Under the pieces are notes generated by a model that saw only the letters and a program-made list of their open reading frames with translations, was not told the DNA's origin and did not search any database. A stretch of 64,000 bases of DNA from Isurus oxyrinchus (taxonomy: Eukaryota). Of this stretch, positions 11,151 to 22,653 are shown one piece after another. Location of the stretch: positions 248,001 through 312,000 of the forward strand of contig JANJGN010000546.1 of the NCBI GenBank assembly GCA_026770705.1. The letters are read 5' to 3'. The first letter of the stretch is position 1. The number at the start of each line of letters is the position of its first letter. Position numbers and translations under genes: made by a program.

Positions 11151-12289
11151 AGGGAGCAGCACAGGAAGAGGTCATTCAGCCCAAGCAGAGCGTGTGGGCA
11201 GTTCCTCCCCAGGCGAGCAGTCGGACAGGTCCTGGGTAAGTAACGGAACGATTGGAATTCACTTCCACCACCAACACCGTCCTTTGTTGATGTTATGACT
11301 TTATACAGACAGATTCCAATGATTGATGCCTTCGAAAGATTTCTATTGATTATTGAGTTCAGGGTGTGAGGCTCAGGTCTGCTGTACAGAACATCTTTCT
11401 AGCTCAAAGGATGAGGGAAGAGCAGGGACATGAGCTTTGGGACATCCTGAGGTGGTGAAAGGTGCTATAGAAATGCAAGTCCTTCATTGATTTATTTTTT
11501 TAAAGCTTTTTAACTCTCTGCAGAGCACCTATCATCCCACAGAGAACCAAATTAGTCTTTGAAGACATTGTCTAAAAGCAGTTCTGATCTCTCGAGAGCT
11601 GTCGGACAGGAGGTGAGGATTCATTAACTCCTTTCTCTTTCACAGTTTAAGAGTCAGAAGCTAAAGGAATATCTGGGAGTGGACAATGGTCGGGAAATCT
11701 TACTTCCTCCTGTCACTTCTCCAAGGTAATAACATCGTCAGCTTGGACAGATTTATGGTGAATAGTCTTTGTAAAAGAACATTCTTACTGAGCTCTGATA
11801 GGGAACCGATTCAGCAGTGAGCCAGTGTACAAACTCACACCAAGTCCCATTCACCCATCACCCCTGTGCTCACTGATATACACTGACTCCCTGTCTGACA
11901 GCAGAACTGCAGGACAGCAGAGACCTCAAAGGGTTTCAGGGCTGGAGGAGGTGACAGTGACAGGGAGTAGAGAGGGAGGATGGAGGGATAAGGAATCAAT
12001 GAAGAGATTTTGAAAATTGAGTCATTGCTGGACTGGGAGCCAGTGTAGGTCAACGGGTGACAGGGGAGCGATCGGCTGAATAGAGAAGCAGGGATAAAAA
12101 CTGAGGGATGAAGTCTATCCTGATGCAAGCACTCCGATATCAATGCCCTGAAATTTTTCTCTCTTGCTGATTTTCATCAGAATTTCCCATGAAGACAACA
12201 CAGAAGCTCTTAGATTAGACAGGCAGTTCAGCGTCACACTTCCTGTCCATTCTCACCATGCTAGAAAATTCGATAAGGGAGCAAGATAA
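11151..12289 (+). CDS. Gene A, alternative tail cassette 3 (exons 11151-11235, 11646-11725, 12181-12289)
   Basis: All splice sites are canonical with phases 2-0, 0-2 and 2-stop. Continuous ORF: GSSTGRGHSAQAERVGSSSPGEQSDRSW/FKSQKLKEYLGVDNGREILLPPVTSPR/ISHEDNTEALRLDRQFSVTLPVHSHHARKFDKGAR*. Frame and stop position of the last exon are kept in the copies at 10066 and 63662. Confidence 0.6.
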
Positions 12290-12779
12290 CTGATAGAGAG
12301 AAGGGAGGCAAAGCTGTCTGTATGTAAAACTGTCAAATATTCTGAGTTATCATGATTGTTTCTGATCTGCTGCAGAGTTTATATTTCATTGAATCTTATC
12401 ACTTTGCAGCTCAGAGAGAGACCATTGACTCACTGCCTGAAAGGGCGGTGGAAGCAGATTCAACAGGAACTTTCAGAAGGGGAACTGGATAAATACTTGA
12501 AGGGGACATTTTGCAGGGCTTTGGGGGAGAGAGCAGAGGTGAGAGTGGGACTTATTGGACAGATCTTTCAAAGGCCCAGCACAGGCTCGATGGGCCAAAT
12601 GGCTTCCTTCAGTTCCGGATCATTCTACAATCCGATAAATTAAATCTCTTATCAGTAACTCTTCAGGCTCCTGCTGCAGGAATGGATCTTTCAGAAGGGC
12701 AACAAGCGGTTTCTCATATCATGTTCATATTTATTGACAATTACATAAGTGTATGGAACTGTTGAATATTTGAGTCTCT

Positions 12780-15700
12780 CAAGTGTGGATTTAACCTTCT
12801 GGTACACCCAGATCTTGTGCTGGTTACCTTGTCTGGAGGTGTCTTTAACTGCTCACAGTGATCTGTGGGATTGTCACCCTTGGATGTTGTTCCTGATTTC
12901 ATGTGGGATCTTCTCCTCGATGGAATAGGAGCGGGAATGGATCTGATTTATCCTCGGTTCCACCTCACCGCTGTGCCCTTGTGTGTTTGACTCCATAGGC
13001 CCTTGGTTCTGAACAAATCCTTGTCACCTCGGCTGGTGGTCATGAACCTTCTGTGGGATCCTGGATGTGAACTTGTCCCAACTGTAAACTTGGCAACTCT
13101 GCACCTCCATTTTTATCATGAACATTCCTTATCTTCTCTTGTAGTTTTAAAAGTTGCGCTCTGGTTTCTGAGAGAGTAGAATGGGTAAGAATAGCGAAAT
13201 TGGTCACTACTGGCCCACCAAACATGCTCTCTGTCAGTGATGGAATAAGGTGAGGTGATGGTGTAGTGGTATTGTTGCTGGATGAGTAATTCAGAGACCC
13301 AGGGTAATGTCCTGAGAATATGAGTTCAAATCCTGTCATAATAGATGATGGAATTTGAATTTAATAAAAAGATGAAATTCAAAGTCTAGTGATGACCACA
13401 AAACCATTGTTGGAAATCCCACCTGGCTCACCAGTGCCCTTAAGGGAATAAAATTGTCTGGCCGACATGTGACTCCAGACTCCACGTCAATGTGGTTAAC
13501 TCTTACATTAGGGATGGGTAATAAATCCTGGCCTGACCAGTGACTCCCACATCCCATGAATGAATTTAACAAAGTTGCAGTTATAGGTGTCGATCTCAAA
13601 TGTAACATTGCAATGTGTGGATCTTGCTTGGCCTGTCTACATTTGAGAATTAGGGATTTCACTGTGTGAATCATTCATTCAGCTAGGCTGTTAGATCTGG
13701 GGTAATGAGGAGAAGAAGTAGTGTGATTGATATTCCAGATTATCTGTAATCATGTCCCTAGGCTCACCAAATAAACTGAAAATAGTGCTTAGAGTGTAAG
13801 CAGCAGTTGTGCTCGGTGTGTTGTGCTATTTTTGAATAACGGGATATCTGGTAAAGCTGTCGACGATGACGATGAAGTCAGTGACATGGACATGAAAGGA
13901 TTCAGATGTGATTTTGGACTAAGAATGGGCAGGAATTTCCTGTGGAATCAGTGGTTCTTTGTCTTGACTTGGCTCATCCTCTTGACAAGCCTCGAACTTC
14001 CCTACAACGACTTCAAGGTCATTGTTTATACCCGGCCAGGGACTGTATCTCTTGTGAGTCTCCTTGTCTGATCTGTGCCCATGTGTGAAGGATGAAGTTG
14101 TTGAAGAATATATCATCACAAAGGTTCTGGTATGATGCGATGCCTGCCATTAAAAATGACTCCCTGGGAGATGCCTCGCTTATCCCGATGACGTCAAGTT
14201 GAATCAGGCCACCCTTTCAATGATATTTCCACAGTTCCTGTAGATTTTTTCACTGTCCCCTCTTGTAGCTGCTGGCATTTCTGTTGTGCTAAATGTACTG
14301 GATCAATTGACAGACTTGCATTCTCCTGCAGGTGTAATGTTGCAGCTCCCTTGAAACTGCAAATACTGTTGAAACTTTCTGCATATTTCAATGTTATGTC
14401 CATGAACTGAGTTGATGGGGTAGTTTCTGAGGTTGACCCATGTCAGTTCTGACAGATTCCATGGATTGTCACTAGTGTGAGGTCACCGCATGCCGGTAGA
14501 CTTGCAATTGCTCAGCCTTTAGTCTCCATGAGGTAGAACATCTGTGACACCCAGGAGGATTGATTGTACTTGCACCCCAGGACTATGTATTCCGCACATG
14601 GAATTGGTGAATTGTTGTACACAGCAGTAGGTTTCCCCATGGACTTCCATGTCCTTAGATACATGTCTTTGAAAATTTACTGGGGTGGTCTGGGGGAGGG
14701 GAATGTTGGCACTTGCCCTTGTGTCAATCTTGGCCAATAAAGGAGAGGTAGCAACTTTCTCAGGGCAGATAATTGGAATCTTGGCCAATAGTGCGGGTGA
14801 TGTGACAGCATCTGTTCTCCGTGAGATTGATGGTGTAAAAGGTGTGAAATTGTTCAACAATTGCACAAAACGTTGAGCACAAATGTTGCACAAACTCTAG
14901 GCCAGGGTTTTCCGGCCCGGTCATGGTGGGACCTGCCTTGGGAGATTGGGACAAATATAAATCCATTGGCTTTCGGACGGACCGGACAATCATGGAAGTG
15001 GGTGGGGCCAGAAAATCCCACCCCTATGGGAACATTTTCAGTTTATTTGATGTGCCCAGAGAGATCAACAAAGACCACAATCAACAATTTATTGGCAAGC
15101 CACGTCAGAATATGTGTGAGAGGTGGAATACCGATCACCGCTCCTAGTCTCGTCGTGTACATCATCGCCATTTCCTGGTTTGTCAGTCACCACATGTATA
15201 TGTTCCTGATGGGATAGCGGATGGTCATTCTTATTGCTTGAAGGTTCCCCGTTGTGCAGGGTTTGTTTGGATCAGCGCACGGCTCTTTGTAGCTGCATCA
15301 GCCTTTGCTCTAGTGCCCTACCGCTGTCAATGGCCCTTTCTGCCACAAGCCTTGCAGGATTGGTGGAAAGCTGGGCATTTCCTTGGTGCCTGCAGGAGGC
15401 CACACCTTCCACACGTCTCACTAGGTTTGGATGTTCTCGTGAGTGTGTCAACAATTGATGTTGTACAGAGGACCTGTAAGCTTCGTTGACGTGCGAGGAT
15501 CACTTCGTATTTATGTCCATCCTTGAGTAGCTCTTCAATGCTATAGGTTTTGGTCTTATCTAGCAGATCTTTCTGGAAGGCTTCCATGGGAGTGGATGCG
15601 ATCACCAACTCAACAACTGTGTCTGCAGTCTCTGTGTTTGAAATCACAGTGCGTACCCTTTTCTCTACATCGGCTGATGAAGTGGTCTATGGATTGTGTA

Positions 15701-16800
15701 GGCTGATGAAATGACATAAACTCTAGTTGATGAATGTGGAGTTTCACCTGATTCTGAACCTGTCTTCCAATGTCGTCCATATCTATTGGAGATCCTTTCG
15801 CTCTTCTGCTGTTAATCCTGACGTGTTCAGCCTGTGTAGACCTTCATTCCCAATCGCGAGGTGAATTTTTATGGGTGGCTCGTCTGGTTCAGTCACACCT
15901 GAATCAGGAAACCAGAGCTCTGTACGCTGTTTAAACATTCTGAATTCAGATAGTCGGTCAGCTACATCCCAGTTCAAACTGGGGAATTTCGTGGACATTC
16001 TGACAATATTCCTTTGACCTTCCTTCTCCTACAGGATCTGGGATGTGTTGCTTTAGCCCCTTTTGTGTGCTTTTCCGAAGCTCTGCCCACGAAGACGGGT
16101 TGTGGCAGGAACACACCACGGAGTAATGGAGTCTTTGTTTTTTATTCAATTTGCTGTTCAGCAATCTCGAAGCCGCCCGTTATAATCACTAACTTCTCTG
16201 GGCTGATTTTTATAATGGTTTTTGTGTGTTTGACTCTCCCTCGCTCACTATCGATCCAGCCCACACCCTGGTCACTCACCTTCCCTGACTGAGCTAACCC
16301 GCTGCTGGTCCTGGCGATACACACTGTCCCACTCACTGACCTACAGGCCGTGTGCTGTAATCTCACCACGAGGGATCCGTCTGCTCCCCAGCTCTTTACT
16401 TGAGCTCTTTCCCGTCACTGTGTCTTCAAAGGTTTCCTGAGCAGTCAGTACACTGCGATTTCAACCCTCTCTGATGCTGTGTCTCTGTTGTGGTCTGACC
16501 AAAGCGTCGAGGGTCGTCTCATGTCATGTAGCTCGATCTCAGGCTGTTCACCACATCATACCTGTACTGAATCTTGCTGCCAGAATGTTCGGCCACCGCT
16601 GATCACCATGTTGTGTTTTTATAATGATATAAAGGCACCAGCCCCTGATACGGAATTGGGTAAACACATTGTGGGTTCAGTTATTTAGAACAGGGACATG
16701 AGAACAGATATACAAGGATAGAAAGCTGGGAGACACCTGCAGCCAAACTGTGTGAGCTGTGTTCTGCTCACAGGCCAAAGTGAAACTTGGACTGGATGGT
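12780..16800 (-). mobile_element. Degenerate Ty3/Gypsy LTR retrotransposon (gag with Zn knuckles, protease, integrase remnants)
   Basis: Gag-like FRMFKQRTELWF and CGRCG...CPAFHQSCKACGRKGH; protease-like AKIDTRASAN; integrase-like IHTVKSLILKC...LHLRSTPI. A ...ACA|TGGTG PBS-like junction sits at ~16609. A short LINE/SINE fragment is inserted at ~13235-13570. Confidence 0.8.
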
Positions 16801-18520
16801 GTTATCATCCCAGCTGATGTTACTACTGGGCAAGTCAGATCCCAGGGTGGAGCTCAGCTTGAAAGGTCCTAACTTTTATTTTTTATTTAGGAATGTGGAG
16901 TGCGGCTACTGAACAGAGTCATAGGAGTCATCTGATGAACTTCTAACAAAAGAATAAAACATTTATTAAACTAGGAAAGACAAACTATATGACATTACTG
17001 ATTCACCTAGATCTATACCTTTACAGATTCATAAGTAGAACACAAGTTACGATAACTATCTTATACTCTCATGTTCACACTAAGTACACAGTCCGTGTAA
17101 ACCAATAGACGACCTGTGGTCAGGGACACCACATTCTGAAAGCAAGTGGCAGAGCCCACTTGAAACAAATTCTATGTCTCATCTGTCCCCAGATGCTTGT
17201 TACACTGTGAGCCAACCAGTCTCACTGAAAAGCTTCTTTCATATGAGGGTTTCCAATCTGCACTCTCCAAGAACTCTCTTTGGAATCTCCTCCAACATGA
17301 CACTTTCACTCAGACACCTTCCACAAGGGACCACTTTCACTATTTCAAACTCTCCTTCCCATGTTCCTGCCCCCTGGATCGCCACGTGCATTCAGCCTTC
17401 CTTCCACGCCCTGTCTCTCCAATGCTCAGCCGTGTCAATGGAACACCATGGCTTCACATGGCCGTAGTAATGAGTCACCAACCTGTGGTGTCTCCTAGGA
17501 TCTTCTGGCTTCTCGCAAGCCTATTTTGCTTTAGGTCTGTGTCCTGCTGCTTTCTCCCTTTATGTTTGGAGCCTTCTTCTGCTCCTCACTCTTAACTTGA
17601 CTTAACAGGGCCTTTTCCAGATTTGACTAGAAGGTTTTCTTGGGCCCTTTCTCCTGTTCCACTCGATGGTTTTGGCTTCTTCTTTACTTTGGGACTGACT
17701 ATCTGTCCCGCTCCTTTGCTGCTTCTCCTGGCAACTCCTTTCAACAGAACTGAAAGTACTTTTCTGTTTTTCTCTGTCTCTGTGGGTCCTTCCCTCTGCA
17801 TCACTGTTGCTAGGCAACAGCACAGTTTCTTACACCTTGTATTTGTTTTGACTTCCCTTCAACAGTCATAAAACCTCAATGGAATGCTGGCTTCTTTTTA
17901 ACTCAAGTTCCCCCTTTTCTCAACACCCAAATACAGAAATACAAACTAAACTTGAACTTAAAGATAGACCTTTTGCCTAACGCACACAAATACACATCGA
18001 ACTTACTTAAGCGAACACCAGTTCCTAAAAATCACATGACAAACTTCCCCTCGAGTGATGTCATGCTGCTGTCCCTGAAAGGCATATTACAACAGTGTTA
18101 TCACTTGGCAGGTGATGTGTGCCAGGCAGACCAAGTCCCTGAGAGAAACCTGGTCACACTATCATAATGATTTTGCAATTTGTATTTATTATGAGATGTG
18201 TGCACTTAATTCAGAAGCACTAACTCCACCAATACCTTCAGAGATTTAAAACAATAAATTAACATATTTGTCATCAAAATAAAGGATTTCAAGCACATAC
18301 ATAACTACAAGACTGCTATCATAACTCCTAAAATTCCTAATTAACCTGACTCCCAGTTACAGTCCCTTTAAGGCAACAGACCAAAAATAGATGTTAGATT
18401 TAAAACAAAATCAGCAAGTTAACCCAATGCCCCGGACAATGGAATTCCAAATGCATTGTCCCCAACTTCAGTTCTGTTGGAGAACAGGCTTCTGTACAAA
18501 CAGGGTCCTGAGGACCATGA
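16800..18520. mobile_element. Probable LTR-like interspersed repeat fragments
   Basis: Non-coding, with poly(A)-signal-like motifs typical of LTRs. No diagnostic protein. Confidence 0.35.
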
Positions 18521-18716
18521 ACCAATGTAGAATGAACTTTTCCGCTTTTGTGTCCAGGATTCTCTTCCATCTGGTGTGATACCTTGTGGAGTTCATTGTG
18601 TGTCCTGTAGATGGTCCACACTGCAGCCACTGTGCCCCAGTGATGGAGGGGGTGGATATCGAGTCTACTGGATCAACAAAACATCCAGAGTTAAATATTG
18701 ATATTTCTCTCCCCAG

Positions 18717-19094
18717 TTGGATTGTCACAAGAGTGGAAAGGTGACACTCCACGAGAGATGACAGCGCAGGAAGGTTCGTGTGTACAGATTCCATGTCATT
18801 ACAGTTATCCATCAGATTTGGTAAAGAAACCACAGGTCGGAATCTGGAAAATGAGAAGCTACATACGGAACAAATGGTCTAAATGGTCTATAGCCTTTCA
18901 CTCCAAGGGTCACAGTCGCGAGTTATCACAGTTCCACCATCGGGCCCGGCTGTCTGGAGACCTGAAAGATGGCGACTGTTCCCTGATTATAAACAACATC
19001 AGACGGGAATATGCAGGACCTTATTTTTTCACGATAAAATTTGACAATGGTCCGAGCCATAACGTTTCCCCTGAAACCCAGCTTCAGGTTTCTG
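18717..19094 (+). CDS. Siglec-like gene B, V-set exon V1 (lacks the essential Arg)
   Basis: ccccag|TT and TCTG|gtaagt; 378 nt, phase 1-1. VGLSQEW...SCVQIPC...GIWKMRSYIRNKWSKWSIAF...GDCSL...GPYFFTIKF. Confidence 0.88.
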
Positions 19095-19319
19095 GTAAGT
19101 GCTGTGTTATAATTACTCACCAATTCACATCCAACACTCAATGGGAAATAATAGTGTTTGATTTGCTTGTTTTTTGGCCGTGTTAACCAGCGTCACTATT
19201 TTTAATGATTTGTCTATTTCTGCTCCCAGATCCATGAGCTTATTGTGTGTGATTGAATCCACATCATAGCTGTAACGTAAACCGAGCTGAGGGGTGATGA
19301 CACCTCCCCCCTGAGTGAA

Positions 19320-20330
19320 GTATCTCCTCCCCAATACACCTTCCACCCCTCACACTGTCCGTGTAAACCCCCGTCCCATCTCCAGCCTCTCTTTCCCCTC
19401 CAAAGTCCTTGAACGTGTTTCCATCTCCCGAATCCGGTTCCATCTTTCCCGGAACTCCATGTTTGAATCCCTCCAATCAGGTTCCCACCCCAGCCACTGT
19501 GCTGAAAAATCTCTTATCAAGGTCACAAATGGCATCCTGTGTGACTGTGACAAAGGTCAACTTTCCCTCCTCGTCCTTCTCGATCTGTCTGCAGCCTTTG
19601 ACACGCTCGACCACACCATCCTCCTCCAACATCTCTCCACTGTCGTCCAGCTGGGTGGGACTGCTCTCCCCTGGCTCCATTCTTATCCATCTCATCGTAG
19701 CCAGAGAATCACTTGCAATGACTTTGCAGCATCATCTGAACAGTATTAGTTTTCACCTGTCCACTGAGGATCCCCAGCTCTACCTCACCACCACCTCTCT
19801 CGACTCCTCCACTGCTGCTAAATTATCAGGCTGCTTATCCGACATCCAGTACTGGATGGGCAGAAATTCCCTCCAATTAAATATTGGAAAGACTGAAGCC
19901 ATTGTCTTCATTCCCCGTTCCAAACTCTGTTCCCTTGCTAACAATTCCATTCCTCTCCCTGGCAGCTCTCTGAGATTGAAGCCAATCTGTTCACAGCTTT
20001 GTTGTCCCATTTGATCCTGAGATGAGCTTCCGGCCTCATATCTGCGCCCTCACTAACACCGTCTATTTCCACCTCCATAACGTCGTACGACTTCACCCTG
20101 TCTCAGCTCATCTGCTGCTGAAACCCTCATCCACACCTTCATTAACTCCAGACTCGACTGTTCCAACACATGCTCTACACTCCATAAACTTGAGGCCATC
20201 CAAAACTGCTGACCACGTCCTTACTCACACCAAGTCCCGTTCCCTTATCACCTGCTCTGCTCGATGACCGAGACTGGCTACTGGTCAAGCAAAATCTCAA
20301 TGTCCAAATTTTTGAATATTTTTCCTCCCT
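19320..20330 (+). mobile_element. L2/CR1-clade LINE reverse transcriptase fragment (repeated at ~22880-23890 and ~26440-27450)
   Basis: RPISSLSFPSKVLER, FESLQSG, LLVLLDLSAAFDTLDHTILL, DPQLYL, LQLNIGKTEAIVF; frameshifted. Confidence 0.88.
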
Positions 20331-20369
20331 ATTACAGTAATCTCCTCCTTTATCTTCATCCATGGCAAC

Positions 20370-21325
20370 ATTCCCTATCGCAGGAGCCTCCTCCGGTCCC
20401 TACAACCCTCTCTATCTCAGGAGCCTCCTCCAGTCCCTACAACCCTCCCTATCTCAGGAGCCTCCTCCAGTCCCTACAACCCTCCCTATCTCAGGAGACT
20501 CCTCCAGTCCCTACAACCCTCCTATCTCAGTACTCTCTTCCAATCCCGAAAACCATTCCTATCACTGCAAACTCCTCCGGACCCAACACCCCTCCCTATC
20601 TCTTTAACCTCCTCAAGCCCCGATAACCCTCGCGATATTTGTAGCCTCCTCCAGTCCTAACAACCTCCCCTATCTCTGCAACCTCCTCCAGACCGAATAC
20701 CTCTCCCTATCTCTGTAAGCTGGTCCATCTCTTACAACCCTTCATATTTCTGTAACCTCCTCCAGCCCACTACAACCCTCCCTATCTCTGTAACCTCCTC
20801 CAGTCCCTAAGAGTTTCCTTTATCTCTGTAACCTCCTCCAGCCATTATAACCCTCCCTATCTCTGTAGCCTCCCTCAGCCCCAGCCACACTCCATATCTA
20901 TGTAACCTCATCCTGCCCCTACAACCCTCCGTATCTCTGTAACCCCACCCTGCCCCAAAAACTCCCCCATCTCTGTAAACTCCTCCAGTCCCTGCAACCT
21001 TCCCTACCTCTGAAACCTCCACCAGCCTTTCCAACCCTCCCTACCTCTGCAATCCGTCCAGCCCCTACAACTCTTCCTATCCCTGTAAACTCCTCCTGCC
21101 CCTAAAACCCTCTCTGCCCTTGCAGCCTCCTCCAGTCCCTACATGTTCCCCATCGCCATAAACTACTCAAATCCCTACAGCCCTCCCTATCTCTGCAACC
21201 TCCTCCAGGTCCTACCACCCTCCCTATCTGCGTAACCTCCTCCAGTATCTACAGCCCTCCCTATCTCTGTTACCTCCTACAGCCCCCACAAACCTCCCTA
21301 TCTGTGTAACCTCCTCCAGCCCCTG
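20370..21325 (+). repeat. ~37-nt minisatellite (cctccagtccctacaaccctccctatctctgtaacct)n; also 23930-24885, 27490-28445 and antisense at 39390-39750
   Basis: Direct repeats visible in the sequence. Confidence 0.9.
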
Positions 21326-21384
21326 ATGGAAGGTGGGTCGAGCGGGTCAGTCACTTGCATGTTTATTCTGCAGCTTTAATATTT

Positions 21385-22190
21385 TAAGAAGGTAAGAATG
21401 TAGGAACATAAGAAATAGGGACAGGAGCAGGCCATTCGGCCCCTCGAGCCTGCTCTCACCGATCTGGTTGTGGCCTTAACTCCATTTTCCTGCCTGTCCC
21501 CCAAACCCTTGACTCCCTTGTCGATCAAAAACCTGCCTCACTCAGCCTTGAGTCTATTCAATGGTCCAGCCTCCACTGCTCTCTGGGGAAGAGAATTCCA
21601 CAGGCTAGCGCCCCTCTGAGAGAGGAAATTCCTCCTCATCTCAGTCTTAAATGGGGGAGCCCTCATTCCGAAACTGTGCTCCCTGGTTTTAGATTCCCCC
21701 ACGAGGGGGAAACATCCTCCCAGCATCCACCCTGTCAAGCCCCCTCGGAATCGGATATGTTTCAATAAGGTCACCCCTCATTCTTCTAAACTCCAATGGA
21801 TACAGGCCCAACCTGCTCAACATTTCCTCACAGGACAAACCCTTTAATCCTGGGAATCAGCCCAGTGAACCTCCTCTGAACTGCCTTCAATGCAACTCTA
21901 TCCCTCCATAAGTAAGGAGACCAGAACTGTACACACTGCTCCTGATACAATCTCACCCTGTGCAGCTGTTGCAAGACTTCCCTCCTTTTATACTCCATCC
22001 CTTTGCAATAAAGGCCAACATTCCACTTGCCTTCCTCATTCCGTGGTGTTCCTGAATGCTGACTTTCTGTGATTCATGTACAAGGACACCCAGATCCCTC
22101 TGTACTGCATTCTGCATCCTGTCTCCATTTAAATAATATCCTGTTTTTCTATTCTTCCTGCCAAAATAATTTGTTGCCATTTTCCTCAGT
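21385..22190 (-). mobile_element. CR1 LINE 3' end (repeated at ~24945-25750 and ~28505-29310)
   Basis: FPLVGESKTREHSF...FKTEMRRNFLSQRGASLWNSLPQRAVEA, followed by the 3' UTR tail. Confidence 0.88.
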
Positions 22191-22285
22191 ATTGACCATC
22201 CCCCCAATTCAGCCTCATCTGTAAATTTTGAGTCTAGTGGATCCACAAACCATCCAGAGTTAAATATTGATATTTCTCTCCCCAG

Positions 22286-22653
22286 CTGAACCCTCACAAG
22301 AGTGGAAAGGTGACACTCCACGAGAGGTGACAGCGCAGGAAAGTTCGTGTGTACAGATTCCATGTCATTACAGTTATCCATCACATTTGGAAAACCAACG
22401 CGAGGTGGAGTCTGGTTTAATAATGAGGAACAGATTCCCTGGGCTCCCATTGCCTTTCACTCCAAGGATCACAGTCACGAGTTACCACGGTTCCACCATC
22501 GGACCCGGCTGTCTGGAGACCTGAAAGATGGCGACTGTTCTCTGATTATAAACAACATCAGACAGGAAGATGCAGGACCTTATTATTTCAGGATAGAATT
22601 TGACAATGGTCCGAGCCATAACTATTACCCTGTAACCCAGCTTCACGTTTCTG
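22286..22653 (+). pseudogene. Gene B, V-set exon V2, frameshifted by 1 nt as assembled
   Basis: Splice sites are intact but the exon is 368 nt versus 369 for V3 and V4. CCAACGCG at ~22395 versus CCAAACGCG in V3. The two ORF-track frames (22267, 22347) together spell a complete V domain. Confidence 0.75.

Noticed and set aside
19230-19270. Possible leader exon inside each 3.56-kb unit (ATG AGC TTA TTG TGT GTG)
   Set aside because: Reaches TAG after 11 codons and has no phase-1 donor. No leader exon could be supported anywhere in the window.
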